Source of the DNA: Chiloscyllium plagiosum
Lineage: Eukaryota
Assembly: GCF_004010195.1 (NCBI RefSeq)
Contig: NC_057752.1
Location: 8,687,616 to 8,751,615, forward strand
DNA: 64,000 nucleotides
Reading direction: 5' to 3'
Shown: positions 1-13,067 of the stretch, one piece after another
Numbering within the stretch: position 1 is the stretch's first letter
Layout: every line of letters starts with the position of its first letter
Notes under the pieces: generated by a model
The model's database searches: none
What the model was told of the DNA's origin: nothing
What the model saw: only the letters and a program-made list of their open reading frames with translations
Position numbers and translations under genes: made by a program

Positions 1-1489
1 TACACCCAAAGTGTTGTTAGGAAGGAAGATTCAGGATTTTGGCAAGTTTTTTTATATACCAATTAGAAAGCAAACAGGCTCTTCATTACCCAACTGATTA
101 ACTGAAAGAAATCCAAACAGCCAGGTTTTTCAACAGCTAATGTTTCTAGATCTAAAAAGTGTGAAACTATTTTTTGTGAAAACACAACTTTTTCTTTTTA
201 ATGCCACTATGAGGTTTCTTCTGGGTTGTATGCAACATTGCAATAGGAAATAATCAATGGAGAGATTGAGCAACCCTACTGCTGCCCCAAACTTATCAAC
301 CTCCTCCAGTAATGATCAATGCTGAACAGAAAAGTTTAGCTGTGATTTCTTCATAACTGTGCAACATCCATTAAAACTGAAGTTTACATGTGTAGAACCC
401 AGTACTAAGCGATGACAAGAGGTTTACTTTTAAATATAGCAGAGCAGAAGTCTTCCTGCTTAACATAGATCTTGCATCCTGCTCAATGCACTGTTAGATC
501 CATATAAATATTATAAAATGCACATAAACACTATTACTGTTGTACGTGAACCATTTACAGCTTACCAAGAGGAGTCTGTCCTCGTGCACTACATAAGTGA
601 GATCCTGTTACTTTGATATGCAGTGTAATATCTACTAAAAAAATGATCTCACCAACCCATTGGTGAGGATTACTATTCAGTCTATTGCTTAATGCACTAG
701 TTATATGATTTAATCAGCTTAGCAGCTACAGCAGAGTCACATCTGCTCAGTCCAGAATCCATGTGCTCACTAATCTCCGTAGGGCTCAAACCAAGGAATA
801 TAGCCTGTTGTGCAAGTGAATCAATCTGACCTTACTGAGTAAATTACAATATGTTGCACCCACATATATAAATGTAGCATTCACAAAAAACTGTTGAGCA
901 CTCACTTATTCAGATGGAGTCAAAAATCATTAATCAGAATAGAAAAAGATTAAAATAATCTGAAACCCACTGAATTAAATAAAATTGAATTTTCTTTTAG
1001 ACATTTTAAAAATATGTATTATAGTTGCCATTTTTCCTCTTTCCCCCCTCTAACCACCATGGCCACATGCAGGTCAGTGAAATACTTCTGTACCTAACCA
1101 ACTCTGGCAAACTACCAGAAGTAACAACCCCTTCTTTAGGGCCAGAAGCATTTTTAAAAAACAAAGCTCGATCTTCCACATTAGTCAGAATGTGAACCAG
1201 GCCTCCGATCATTTGGACATTAAATCCATAGGTTTCCTCAGACCACATTCTAAATGGCAGGAGGAAAAGTCTTCTCTACATTGTGGCAGATTAATGACAA
1301 GACCCACAGTGGAGATGTACAACACTTCTGATGTATATCCAACAGCTTCCCATTAATAGTATCATTCAGCTAGAAAATAGTTAACTCTTTCATTCTTTTC
1401 ATTATTGCCTACAAGTTAGATTTGTATTTTCTGTGGAAATGGATTATCAACTGCTCAGAAAGTTAATTGAATGTGTCATGGACATGTTT

Positions 1490-1782
1490 ATGGGAGGTTA
1501 CCATATTGGAACAGTTAATTAGTAATAGTTAACACATCTATATTTTGTTAAGTATTTCGATCGAGTTACAGTTAAGCCAATTTGTTTCTTTTTACTTTGT
1601 CTGTATTTTAACTGTAGTGTAAAAAGACGTTAAGTGTTTTGCTTAACGTCAAGTAATTTGACCAATCAAATTACATCTGGAATGAAACACCTTACACTTA
1701 CCTTTAAAATAAGAAAAAGTTAGGGTGGGGACTATCTTATGGATATATTTTGAGGGGATTTGGTCTGGTCCAGTCCATAACA
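1490..1782 (+). mobile_element. LTR fragment (3' part), same family as the LTR at 18935-19552 but in the opposite orientation
   Basis: 1650-1782 (...gaccaatcaaattacatctggaa...ttttgaggggatttggtctggtccagtccataaca) is a diverged reverse complement of 18935-19060 and ends in ...ataaca. Confidence 0.6.
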
Positions 1783-2084
1783 GCATAAAATAGTGTCTCT
1801 TGCATCCTAGTTCTGATAAGTACAAGATGAAAAGCTTCAACTTCTAGTCTCCATTTAGCAATGGTTTGAACTTCCAGGAACACTCGAGCAGGCACACACT
1901 GGTTTAAAATCTTGGTTCCAGAAAGACCGATCTAGTTAATTTATTTAAAATACCTCCATAAAAATAGATACATCCCCAAATGCCACTTGTTTAAAATCCA
2001 AACACTATAATAAAATTATATTAATGTATATAAATCACAACTGTAAAAAGCTTGGGCCCCAACACACACAAGCACGAGGACGTA

Positions 2085-4185
2085 GCCAAGAGGTTCTTGA
2101 GGGCATCTTGAAACCCATTGTACAGGGGACTCCCAGCTGCTGTTGTGACACTACAGATTTCTTATTGAAGCTCAGCACCCACAGACCAGACGAACCAGGA
2201 ACATTCCTTGTTACAATGGATGTTTCAGCACTCTACACCAGCATCCCCCATGACAACGGCCTCCATGACAACGGCATCACTGCAACTGCCTCAGTAGTCA
2301 ATACCAACAACTGCCAATCTCCAGGCACCATCCTACAACTCGTCTGTTTCATCCTCATCACAACATCTTCACCTTCAACAGCCAGTTTTTTTAAATCAGA
2401 CATACAGAACAGCCGTGCAGACCAAATTTGCACCTCAATATGCCAACATTTTCATGCAAAAGTTCGAACAAGACTTCTTTACTGCACAGGACCTCCAACC
2501 AACACTATATACCAGATACATTCTTCCTCTGGACCTATGACAAGGAGTCACTGAAACAATTACATAGTGATATCAATGAGGTTCATCCCACCATCAGACT
2601 CAACATGGACTACTCTCTAGTATCAGTCTCATTCTTGGACACACACATCTCCACCTCAGAACCTCACTCCACCGCAAACCCACGGATAATCTCATGATGC
2701 TACACTTCTCTAGTTTCCACCCTAAACATTAAAACAACCAGCCCCTATGGACAAGCCCTACACATACACAGGAATCTGTTCAGATGAGGAGGAATGAGTC
2801 AGACACCGGAGGGTACTGAAGGATGTCCTCATAAGAGCAGGATACAATGCTCAACTCATCGATCGCCAGTTCCGACATGCCACAGAGAGAAACTGTAATG
2901 ACCTCCTCAGGAGGCAGACATAGGGTACCCTATCGGTTGTATCCTTCGCTGTCCAGTACTTCCCAGGAGCAGAGAAACTACGCCATGTTTTTCACAACCT
3001 GCAACACGTTACCAATGAGGATGAGCATCTCGCCAAGATCTTCCCTCTGCCTCCAGTCCTTGCCTTTAAACAACGGCCAAACCTTAGACATTGTTCGCAG
3101 TAAACTGCCTAGCCTTCAGGACACACTGAACAACATACAACCCTGTCATGGCAACCACTGCAAGACATGTCAGAGCATCAACATGGATATTACCATTACA
3201 TGTGGGAACACCACCCACCATGTGCACAGCAGGTACTCATGTGACTCAGCCAACACTTCATTTCTTACGCTGCAAGCAAGGATGCCCGGAGGCATGGCAT
3301 GTTGGCGAAACCATGCAGACGCTACGACATGAATGTAAACCGCACAACAAACACCAGACAGGGATGTTCCCTCCCAATGGAGGAGCACTTCAGCAGTCAA
3401 GGACATTCAGCCTTGGATCTTTGGGTGAACGTCCAAGGTGGACTTCAGGATATGCACCAGAGTCACTGAGCAGAGGCTGTTTGCCAAAATCAGTACCCAA
3501 CTGGGGATCTTGGGTTCATATCACATTTCAGGTGACCCCACCACACTATATACACTCACAGACCTGCTCTCATACACACTCTGTCTGTCTGTCTCTCTCT
3601 CTCTCTCTCACACACACACACGCATGCACAAACTTTCACATGTGAACACACATTTTCCCTCTCTCTCACACACAGGTCTTTGGGGTGAATTTGCATTTGC
3701 AGATTTGTATTTGCAAATACATTCTATTTTTTGTTCAAAAAGCACAATGTGTAGAACAGTCAAATGTGACATTTTATAAATTCCTACATTGGAAATAAAA
3801 CAGACTCTAACCTCACACCTTTAATGCATTGTCTGAACGGAAATGCCACTTTTCTTAACACACTGATAAAACCTTAAGTTGTCTCAGGGCTGTGACTTGA
3901 AAGAAATTCTGGGACTTTAATATTAAGTCAATCGAAAGCTGCATCCCCATTCTAAGCGATTAAAGACTTAACAGCCATCTAGGTTTGTCTTAATACATTG
4001 CATCAGTTGAATGACACTTTGATCTTTTACTTATAAATTCTGTGTCCTATGTACCTCTCCCACTTGCTACTTGATGAAGGAGCAGCTTCCAAAAGCTTGT
4101 ATTATCAAATAAACCAGTTGCACCATAACCTGATGTGTGATTTTTAACTTTGTCCACCCCAGTCCAACACCAGCACTCCACATCT
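2085..4185 (+). mobile_element. Penelope-like retroelement, family A, 5'-truncated and frameshifted (RT + GIY-YIG endonuclease + 3' repeat)
   Basis: RT motif TMDVSALYTSIPHD and FFLWT; C-terminal PCHGNHCKTCQ and LRCKQGCPEAWHVGETMQTLR (GIY-YIG-like); (CT/CA)n tract at ~3580-3670; 3' repeat with a decayed hammerhead at ~4068-4100 and terminus ...ccagtccaacaccagcactccacatc. Confidence 0.9.
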
Positions 4186-4939
4186 TTTTTAACCTGGCAC
4201 CTTGTCAAATGCATTTTGGAAATCCAAGTACACAGAGCATTTACAGGCTCTTATCCACAGCATATATTACTCCTGCAAAGAATTATGACTTCCATTTCAC
4301 AGAACCAGGCCGACATTTCCCAATTATCTTGGAGTTTTAAGTGCCCAGATATAACCTCTTTAATAATCAATTCCAACACCTCCCCAATGACATACCTCAA
4401 GCTAACTGGCCTGCAGTTTCTAGTGTTCTGCCTCTCTTCCTTGAATAGAGGGATTATATTTGCTATTTTGCCACCAGACGAAACCTTTCCAAACTCTAGA
4501 TAATTGTGGAAAATTAACAGTGTATCTAACTACCTTAAGACCCAGGGACTTGACAGCCTGAAGCTCCATCAGTTTGCTCACTTTCACAGTTACTGCAGTT
4601 TCACGAAGCTCCTCTTGCTTTTATCTCCTAACTTACAAAAGTAATTGGAATGACAATAACTAAATTTTAATTAACTGAAAATGATTTTTAAAACCAAGTG
4701 GAAGCATTTACTATGCTGGTTTGTAGTCAGTTTCTTTTTTTTTTAAAAATGTTCAAAAGCATAGCTCAGTATACTATTGTGTCCAAAGAAGGTGACTAAT
4801 GTGTGGAGCCTTCACAAAGGCCTACAAAAGGTGGAAATGGAAACTTACAAATGGTGATTAATTCAATCAAGGGGTGCAGCCAGCTTCAAGCAAGATTTAG
4901 TTTAAAACTCCTTGTGCTGAAAATGTCAATCTTTTTGGA

Positions 4940-5045
4940 TGAACATGGACTGCAATGGTTCAAGGAGGTCTCCACCACCTTCTGAAAAGGCAAATCAGGG
5001 CTGGGCAATAATTGCTGGCCCAGCCAGCACCACATTCTATGAAAG
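4940..5045 (+). mobile_element. 3' end of a non-LTR retrotransposon (tail shared with the SINEs at 14657 and 47745)
   Basis: gggctgggcaataattgctggcccagccagc..cacattctatgaa matches the tails at 14820-14883 and 47975-48041. Confidence 0.55.
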
Positions 5046-6029
5046 ATTTTCACGATAACAAAGTTAAAACTCTATGCCAGGGTATTTTATACTGATGTTC
5101 ATTCAGGCCTGTGGTATCTTAAATTTCAAGTCACAGACATGATACAAATCCACACATGTGCTCTGAGTTCCATACAAAATGGCCAAATATCACTAAACCA
5201 CAGCTAGGCATCAGGCAAAGAATCAAGTCATTCTAATGTTTACCTGAAAAGATACGTTTCATAGCTCTAACCAAAAAAAAATACTATAATGCCAAGTTAT
5301 CTGTTTTCTGCTCTGCTCAAATGCATCAACCTTCTGAACAGTTAAGGATCACCAATTTGGACAGCAAAACAAGAAACTTTAATTAAATAATAAAAAAAAA
5401 GAGTTATTTGAAATTGATCGAAACCCATAGGATAAAATGAATTAAGATGGCAACATGTATGCTCCACAGAATTAAGTTGCTGCAGAGAAGTTGGAATTTG
5501 TAACAGTTTTAAAAAGACAGCATCTTCTGGAAATACCTGAAGAAAGAGTGAGAATTTGTCTAACTCTCAAATGATAATATTATTTGTGTTTACGCTCCGG
5601 AGATAATTTAAGTTCAATTAATTCAGATGCTCATCGCCTGGGAATAAAATCACTTGAGGATAAAAAAAATTACAGTTAATCATTTAGACCTGCTTTGTCA
5701 AAGCATCCACAGAAGCTATTCAAAGTGAAAGTACAGTCTACCTCCTATCCCCTCCAGATGCAAAAATCTGTCGTGAGAGCCACAATAAAAACAATTAGAT
5801 CTTATGGAAACTCTTGCTATGTACGAGTGATCATAGGCCACACATCATTCATACATGTTCGGGGGCATTAGCCTTTGGTTGAAGATTGTGTGTGGAGTGC
5901 AATGTGCAAATCCTCCATCTCAGATTATCTGCTATTTGCTACGAAACAAATCATCAAGATCATTCTGACCTGAAGAGACATCGATTATTGTAATGGTCCC
6001 ATCAAATGCTGCTTTGGCCCTACAGTTAA

Positions 6030-6182
6030 AGTTATACACTTCCTGGGTTCTGAGGAAGGGTCACCAGACCCAAAACATCAACTCTGATTTCTCTTCACAG
6101 ATGCTGCAAGATCTGCTGAGCTTTCCCTGCAACTTCTGTTATTGTTTCTGATTTACAGCATCTGTATTTGTCAGTTTTTAAT
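6030..6182 (+). mobile_element. PLE 3'-terminal fragment (family C-like) with decayed hammerhead
   Basis: ctgagga-a-gggtc-acca-gaccc-aaaacatc followed by cagatgctgc..atctgctgagc..cagcatctg tail; possible TSD tacagttaa at 6021-6029 and 6183-6191. Confidence 0.7.
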
Positions 6183-6888
6183 TACAGTTAATGCTTCTCC
6201 TAGAGCTAGGAGCCCACCTACTAATAATATCTCAAAAGAAACCTCAGATTTTCACAAAGGATATCAATCTCAGCAATGCAAATTTCATATCTTTACTAGA
6301 CAATCCTCATGCCTATTTGGGTTGCACCCTGAAATCAGGCAGTCGACTGCAAAAAACTGCATTTCTGAAACAAGACTATCAATCATTGTTAAAAACCTGA
6401 ATGTGTTAAACGCTGTCTTGGGATAAATTGTGCGAGGTAATTTCCCTAGCAACATAGCCTATAATTGCAAAATATATACTGTGACAGAATTGGGACACAC
6501 CAAAACAGCTGTTCAAGAGTTAAAGCAGCTTTGACAAATAGGCAATGTGGTAACAACCCAACAAGTAGGCTGACACAATATAGCACAGAAGATTCAAAAA
6601 CAGTAGATTACAGTGAAAACCATGAAATGGGATAACAGTGAGTTACAGGAGGCTGGATTTGAGCTGTACATTATCCACCTAATTGTTTCTTTAATTATTC
6701 CAGCATTTGCACCTCCACTGCTCTGCTCAGGAGTTCAAGAGGCTAATCCACACTGTGTGCAGAAGATTTTGCTTATTTCCTAGTTATCTTTTATTAGTTC
6801 AAACTTATGCCCCCTTTGTCTCATTTGTGGTTTACTTTAAAAGTTGCATTCCTGAGCTTTATCATTCCCTTAACTACCTTTGTTATCT

Positions 6889-7101
6889 GAAAATGCGTTG
6901 CTGGAAAAGTGAAGTAGGTCAGGCAGCATACAAGGAGCAGGAGAATCGATGTTTCGGGCATGAGCCCTTCTTCAGGAATCCTGAAGGGCTCATGCCCAAA
7001 ACGTCGATTCTCCTGCTCCTTGGATGCTGCCTGACCTGCTGCACTTTTCCAGCAACACATTTTCAGCTCTGATCTCCAGCATCTGCAGCCCTCACTTTCT
7101 C
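6889..7101. mobile_element. Palindromic non-coding PLE mini-element (family C) made of two inverted 3' repeats
   Basis: 6889-6978 is the reverse complement of ~6979-7064; perfect 15-bp TSD ctacctttgttatct at 6874-6888 and 7102-7116. Confidence 0.9.
6945..6978 (-). ncRNA. Minimal hammerhead ribozyme motif (family C); stem-III palindrome mutated ACGU>ACAU
   Basis: Minus strand reads ttc-CTGAAGA-a-gggc-tcat-gccc-GAA-acat-c-gat. Confidence 0.6.
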
Positions 7102-7429
7102 CTACCTTTGTTATCTAACAAGAATCAGCTGCAGTTCAGTGCTAGAACTTTCACCAATACATTACAAGTTTATGGGTTCAAGATGGACTCCAAAAACTTT
7201 AGAACAATATATTGGAAGGCCATAAGAATTATTTTTTTGCCATTCATTTTGTGGTCAGTAAATATATTCATAAAAGGCTGTCAATGGACTTTTAACACAA
7301 GAACATAACATTTTTATTGCATAGAAAAGGAAAATAAATACTATACAAGGATAATTTGAAACAGTCCTATTACAGGTATCAGAAAGAAAACATTTACCAT
7401 CAACAACAATGGTTAGATCCTTAACAAAT

Positions 7430-7650
7430 CAGATGTTGGTTTAATGCATGGTGATCACATCTGCAGCAAGTGTTGACTGCTCAAACAACTTCTGCTTAGA
7501 GTTGATGAGCTGGAGTCCAAGCTACAAACACTGGAACATATCAGGGAGGGGAGAATTCCCTGGACACTGACTCAGGAGACAGTCACACCCCTTAGACTAA
7601 TCGCATCAAATTTAGCCCATGGGCAGGGATTTGAATGTATGACTGAGTAA
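7430..7650 (+). mobile_element. CR1 ORF1 fragment (zinc finger/leucine zipper region)
   Basis: Translates as HGDHICSKC*LLKQLLLRVDELESKLQTLEHIREG..QETVTPLR, typical of CR1 ORF1 Zf/Lz. Confidence 0.6.
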
Positions 7651-7974
7651 GGCAGCAGCATTTTCAGCATCCACAGTATTTTGCTTTTATTAGTGAGATC
7701 CTCAAACCTCAGTGAAGGCTCACCCTATTTCTAGTTTAAGTTCCTTGTTCAGTTGGCACAGCTGTAAATGGTTACTTTCGGCAAGCATCAACTAAAGAGG
7801 ATAACACCAATTGAATGTAAATGTCTTTTCCCCAAGGCCTGCTAATCTGCTACCTTAGCTTACTTATTACTTAACAGGTGTTCCTTAAACCATCGCGTTC
7901 AACAGCCGCCTAGGACATCCTCTTCTTTGAGATCTCAAAGTCTTGTTAAGTTGTCTCATCAGATGAGATCATAA

Positions 7975-8390
7975 GCTAGATCCCAGACAAAAATCTGGCT
8001 TTACAGACCAGTTTTTGAAAAAAAATTAACATAGCAGTCATAGCCCAACTTATACAAACAGACTGTAACCTCACACTTAATGCATTGTCTGAGCTGAGAT
8101 GTCTTTTTTTTGAAGTTATCTCAGGACTAGGACTTGAAAGTAGTTTTGGGATTTGCATATTAATGAATCGAAACCTGCAACTCCATTCTAAGTGACTAAA
8201 GACTCAACAACAATCTAGGTTTGTTCAATACATTGCATCAGTTGTATGACACTTGGATCTTTTACTATAAAATTCTGTGTCCGATGATCCTGTCCCACTA
8301 GTTACCTGATGAAGGAGCACCCTCCAAAAGCTTGTACTTCCAAATAAACCCGTTGGACTATAACCTCATGTTCTGTGATCTTTAACTACA
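7975..8390 (+). mobile_element. PLE family A 3' repeat fragment with decayed hammerhead
   Basis: Colinear with 3790-4150; cctgatgaaggagcaccctccaaaagcttgt at 8305-8335. Confidence 0.85.
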
Positions 8391-9219
8391 TTTGGATAAC
8401 AGCCTTAAGCTTTGACTTTTTAAAGCCATTATTATTCATTGTAGTTCTAATTTCTGCTGCACTCTTCTGCTTATAATATTCTCCTTCCAGTCACACCTAG
8501 ATTGTCAAATTTTGCTTTAATACCCTGCACCTTGTGACATTAAAGAGTTAACTTGCTCTGCTGACCTGCAGGAATTTGAATGTCCTGAGGCTAGGGTGGT
8601 ATGCCTCTGGCTTATAGATAGATTGTAAGAAATGTATATTATCATCTTCTATTATTCAGAGCCATTTACGTGGCCATATCCTTGCCATTCAGAGCCATTT
8701 ACTTTGTCATCTCCTACGATTTACATTTTCATCCCCTAGTCATTACTCAATAGGAACATTGCAGTTGGAATTTGACTACTCCCCTATAGCTACAAAAAAA
8801 TACAATTCACCCCAGATCTGGCCATTAAGGGGGGATTTGCATTACATTGTTTCTGGAGATGTTGTGGTCACTGCATTGTCTTGAGTGGCATGTGATTGAG
8901 GGTGTAGCTGGGGTTGTCTTGTGAGCATTACTTACTGTGATGTAAAGAATTTGTATAAAGGAAGGACTGTTTCCTTTGTTCAGAGAGCTTCCCTGGACAC
9001 ACTTCGCAACCATGGTGAAGAGTGTTCAGGGTTTCCCCAAAGCTTGTATGGTGCTTAATAAAATTCTGATTGTTCACAGAAGTTGATATGTTGCAGTTGC
9101 ATCAAGTGTATAAGAATCTCAGAACAAGAGAGAAGAACTTCACAGCCTCTGCTGTTTTGTTTTAAACTTCCCTTTACTGGAACCCTCTCCTTTCTACCAA
9201 TAAATTAGTTCAGAATCCT

Positions 9220-9793
9220 ATGTACAGGACATTGGTTAGGCCACTGTTCGAATACTGCGTGCAATTCTGGTCTCCTTCCTATCGGAAGGATATTGTGAAA
9301 CATGAAAGGGTTCAGAAAAGATTTACAAGGATGTTGCCAGCATTGGAGGATCTGAGCTACAGGGAGAGGCTGAACAGGCTAGGGCTGTTTTCCCTGGAGT
9401 GTCGGAGGCTGAGGGGTGACCTTACAGAGGTTTACAACATTATGAGGGGCATGGATAGGATAAATAGGCAAAGTCTTTTCCCTGGGGTGGGGGAGTCCAG
9501 AACTAGAGGGCATACGTTTAGGGTGAGAGGGGAAAAGATATAAAAGAGACCTAAGGGGCAACGTTTTCACACAGAGGCTGGTACGTGTATGGAATGAGCT
9601 GCCAGAGGATGTGGTGGAGGCTGGTACAATTGCAACATTTAAGAGGCATCTGGATGTGTATATGAATAGGAAGGGTTTGGAGGGATATGGGCCGAGTGCT
9701 GGCAGGTGGGACTAGATTGGGTTGGGATATCTGGTCGGCATGGATGGGTTGGACTGAAGTGTCTGTTTCCATGCTGTACATCTCTATGACTCT
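9220..9793 (+). mobile_element. CR1 (HER1-like) LINE 3' end
   Basis: YRTLVRPLFEYCVQFWSPSYRKD...RRLRGDLTEVYNIMRG; CR1 3' UTR ending ctctatgactcta. Confidence 0.95.
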
Positions 9794-9802
9794 AAGTGTT
9801 CT

Positions 9803-9905
9803 TGTGGTGATGTGGTAGTGTCATTACCCAAATGAGGTGGTCTGGGTTCAATTCCCACCTGCTCCAGGAGGCACACAATAACAGCTCTGAGCAGGCTGAT
9901 TTGTG
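9803..9905 (+). mobile_element. tRNA-derived SINE head
   Basis: A-box-like tggtgatgtggtag and B-box ggttcaattccc about 30 nt apart. Confidence 0.5.
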
Positions 9906-10637
9906 AATAACTTCATTGCACCAGGACACCGGCTCCAACATCGTTCTTTCCCCAGTCCTGATGCCAATGCCCCAGAAATCAGAATCAATTTCTCCTACAC
10001 TAAACTCTGATCCATGCATTTACCTCTCTAATCTCATTTAACCCATGCTAATTTGTATGTGGTTCAGTTCATAATCCATACAATACCAAATTTATGGATC
10101 TGCTTTTAATATTAGTCCCAAAACTTCTTCCTAGTCCTACATTGTCATTTGTAGTTTTATGATTTGGAGATGCCAGTGTTGGATTGTGGTGTACAAAATT
10201 AAAAATCACAACACCAGGTTATAGTCCAACAGGCTTAATCGGAAGCACTAGCTTTCGGAGCGACGCTCCTTCATCAAGTGGTTGTGGAGTACACAATTGT
10301 AAGATACAGAATTTATAGCAAAAGTTTAGTTTGATGTAATTGAAATTATACATTGAAAAATACTTCGAGTTTGTTGAGTCTCTCATCTGTTAGAGTGACC
10401 AAGTTAGTTTCACTTCTTTCACATGTAAATCACAAAACTTTTAAAAGTTACATTCTGAGGTTAACTTTAACAATTGGCGTCAGCCCAGATAATATGTCGA
10501 AAGTGTTAGCCCCGTGTGGTGTTGTCTGTGCCATAATGTTTAGACTGATTCTAATCTAAAAAAAAAGTGTTTCCAGAGACTTTCATGGATTCATGCAGTT
10601 TTTGAGCAAAGTACAATGTAACTGTGCAAGTACAAAC

Positions 10638-11193
10638 AGAGAGAGAAAGAGCGAGCGAGAGCGCGCGCGAGAGAGAGAGAGAGCGAGAGCACGCGTGAGA
10701 GAGAGAGCGAGAGCGAGAGCACGCGCGAGAGAGAGAGCGAGAGAGAGAGAGAGCAAGAGCACGCGCGAGAGAGCAAGAGCGCTCGCGAGAGACAGAGAGA
10801 TAGAGCGAGAGCGCATGCGAGAGAGAGCGAGCGAGAGCGTGAGCGAGTGCGCGCAAGAGAGAGCGAGAACACGTGAGAAAGCTAGAGACAGAGCGAGAGT
10901 GCGCGAGAGAGAGCGAGAGCACGCGAGAGAGCGCGCGCGAGAGAGCGCGAGAGAGAGCGCAAGAGAGAGCGCGAGAGAGAGAGCGCAAGAGAGAGCGCGA
11001 GAGAGAGAGCGCGAGAGAGAGAGCGCGCGAGAGAGAGAGCGCGCGGGACAGAGAGCGCGCGAGAGAGCGCGAGAGAGAGAGAGAGAGAGAGCGCGAGAGC
11101 GCGAGAGAGAGAGAGAGAGAGCGCGAGAGAGAGAGAGAGAGAGAGCGCGAGAGAGAGAGAGAGCGCGAGAGAGAGAGAGAGCGCGAGAGCGAG
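10638..11193. repeat. Compound (GA)n/(GC)n microsatellite
   Basis: ~555 bp of gagagagagcgcgagaga variants, seen directly. Confidence 0.97.
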
Positions 11194-11252
11194 AATAGTG
11201 CAATGGTGGTCACCTGTAGTGAACTCAAGGTCCCGGTTGAGTCCCCCTCTAT

Positions 11253-11291
<39 letters not shown>

Positions 11292-11644
11292 GGGTGAATT
11301 TGTACTTACAGAGTTACATTGTACTTTACTCAAAAACTGCATGAATCCATGTAACACATTTTTTAAGATTAGTACTAGTCTAAACATTATGGCACAGACA
11401 ACAGCACACAGGGGGCTAACACCTTCAACATATTATCTGGGCTGACACCAATTGTTAAAGTTACATTCTCAGGTTAACTGTTAAAAAAAGTTTTGTGATT
11501 TACATATGAAAGAAGTGAAACTAACATGGTCTCTAACAGATGAGAGACTTAAACAATCGAGGTATTTTTCAATGTATAATTTCAGTTACATCACACTGTA
11601 AACGTTTGCTATAATTTGTGTCTTACAATTGTGTACTCCACAAC

Positions 11645-11679
11645 CACCTGAGGAAGGAGCAGTGTTCCGAAAGCTAGTG
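11645..11679 (+). ncRNA. Minimal hammerhead ribozyme motif (family A)
   Basis: cac-CTGAGGA-a-ggagc-agt-gttcc-GAA-AGCT-A-gtg: core, stem II, palindromic stem III, 3-bp stem I cac/gtg. Confidence 0.75.
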
Positions 11680-12721
11680 CTTCCAGTTAAAACTATTGGA
11701 CTATAACCTGGTGTTGTGATTTTTAAACTTTGCAATTTTATGGATTGCCACAATTGGTTCCTTCTCTTCCATTTCAAGTTCTCTTCTGGGCTGGAGAGAT
11801 TACCAGAACCTTGTTATCAGGTAATGAACACAACTTTTGCTCTACATCACAACGCTTTGATCAGTTTGCTCATTCTCCTTGTGGTCTGTATCCTTGTCCA
11901 CACCAGAAGCAAGGGTTATCACAGGGAAAAGGCAATGGAGAAATCAATTTTGAGGATTGGAGGCAGCATACAGAGAGGACATTTAATTGAGAAGAGTAGA
12001 TATTCAACATAATGAGGGGATGGGGAGAAGACATAGGATACTATGGTAGGGGTGAAGGGGAGGTTAGTGTTGGTCACAACTAACATGCTGCCTACTGAAT
12101 CATCACCTGAAACAAGATACTGATTCTGTGATTTGTTCCTCCCTGCTCACCCTGTTACTGTTAGTGGTTGATGTTCTGGTTGATTTCCAACAGAACCTGA
12201 AAACAGCATCACAAAAAACTCCTATGCTAATCTGATAAAAACATCTCTTCGGAGTTACGATCCATGTCCAATCTCAAATTGTGAAGTTGACCTCTCAGCA
12301 GAAATACAGTGAACAAAGTCTTTCAGGTAATCAAGTAAGTAACCAGCTGTGAAATGTCAGTACCTAAGGACACATTTTCCTGTCATATTTTTAGCCCCTT
12401 CAGTTGCTTCTGTATCCTGTATCCTGTCCCAGCAAATTCTACAAAGTGTGGAAAACCTGTGCAAACATTTAAAATTCCAAAAGCCATGTTAATCTTGCTA
12501 CAACTGAGCAAATATTAAAATTAGCAGCCCTTCGAGGGTTGTAGCTCACATATATCAAATGCACTGCAGTTAAATGCAGCTTTCCTCCATTCATTTACCA
12601 CCATAATGCAATGATACAAGTTGCTTTGAATGTGCTTCCTCAGCCTGCTGTGTTTTAAGTAATAACACTTTGTTAAAAGGATTCAGAGGGGTTGAGAAGG
12701 TTTGATTAACTTTTTTTTCCA

Positions 12722-12985
12722 TGGGCGGCACAGTGGTTAGCACTGCTGCATCACAATGCCAGAGTTCAATTCCAGCCTTGAATGACTGTCTGTGTGGAGT
12801 TTGCAAGTTCTCCCCATGTCTGCATGAGTTTCCTCCTATGATCCCAAGATAGGCAAGTTAGGTGCATTAGCCATGATAAATGCGGGATAGGAGGGGGGGG
12901 GCTGGATCTGGATCAGATGCTGTTTGGAGGGTCGGTGTAGACTTGATGGGCCAAATGGCCTCTTTCTGCACTTTAGGGATTCTTT
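12722..12985 (+). mobile_element. HE1-like V-SINE (tRNA head, V domain, CR1-derived tail)
   Basis: A-box cagtggttagc, B-box gagttcaattcc, V-domain tgtctgtgtggagtttgca.gttctcccc, tail gatgggccaaatggcctctttctgcac..ggattct. Confidence 0.85.
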
Positions 12986-13067
12986 CAGTGTCCTTTTTCA
13001 CTCCTGAATCAGGCCTGTGTCCCTAGGTTTCCTTTTAAAATACAGGCAAACTGTATTAAAGCAGCAC

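Larger units (their letters stand above)
10162..11728. mobile_element. Inverted PLE family A insertion (minus arm 10162-~11253 including an expanded microsatellite; plus arm ~11254-11728)
   Basis: 10190-10635 is a diverged reverse complement of 11300-11730; end of the GIY-YIG ORF (HRGGLNRDL) on minus at ~11205-11253; imperfect TSD tttgtagttttatg / tttgcaattttatg (10148-10161, 11729-11742). Confidence 0.9.

Noticed and set aside
567..635. 69-nt minus-strand exon-like segment (DITLHIKVTGSHLCSARGQTPL) with ag/gtaag borders
   Set aside because: No recognisable homology; such signals occur by chance in 64 kb
5410..5537. Minus-strand acceptor followed by an open frame VFPEDAVFLKLL...
   Set aside because: No donor and no recognisable protein; frame runs into AT-rich sequence
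6889..7101. DNA-transposon MITE interpretation
   Set aside because: Arms match PLE 3' repeats (51052-51145), are asymmetric, and TSD length varies between copies (14-15 bp)
10551..11445. Long RE/RA-rich and SL-rich ORFs
   Set aside because: Translations of the (GA/GC)n microsatellite
12722..12785. tRNA gene
   Set aside because: A/B boxes continue into a V-domain and CR1 tail, so this is a SINE head; no complete cloverleaf
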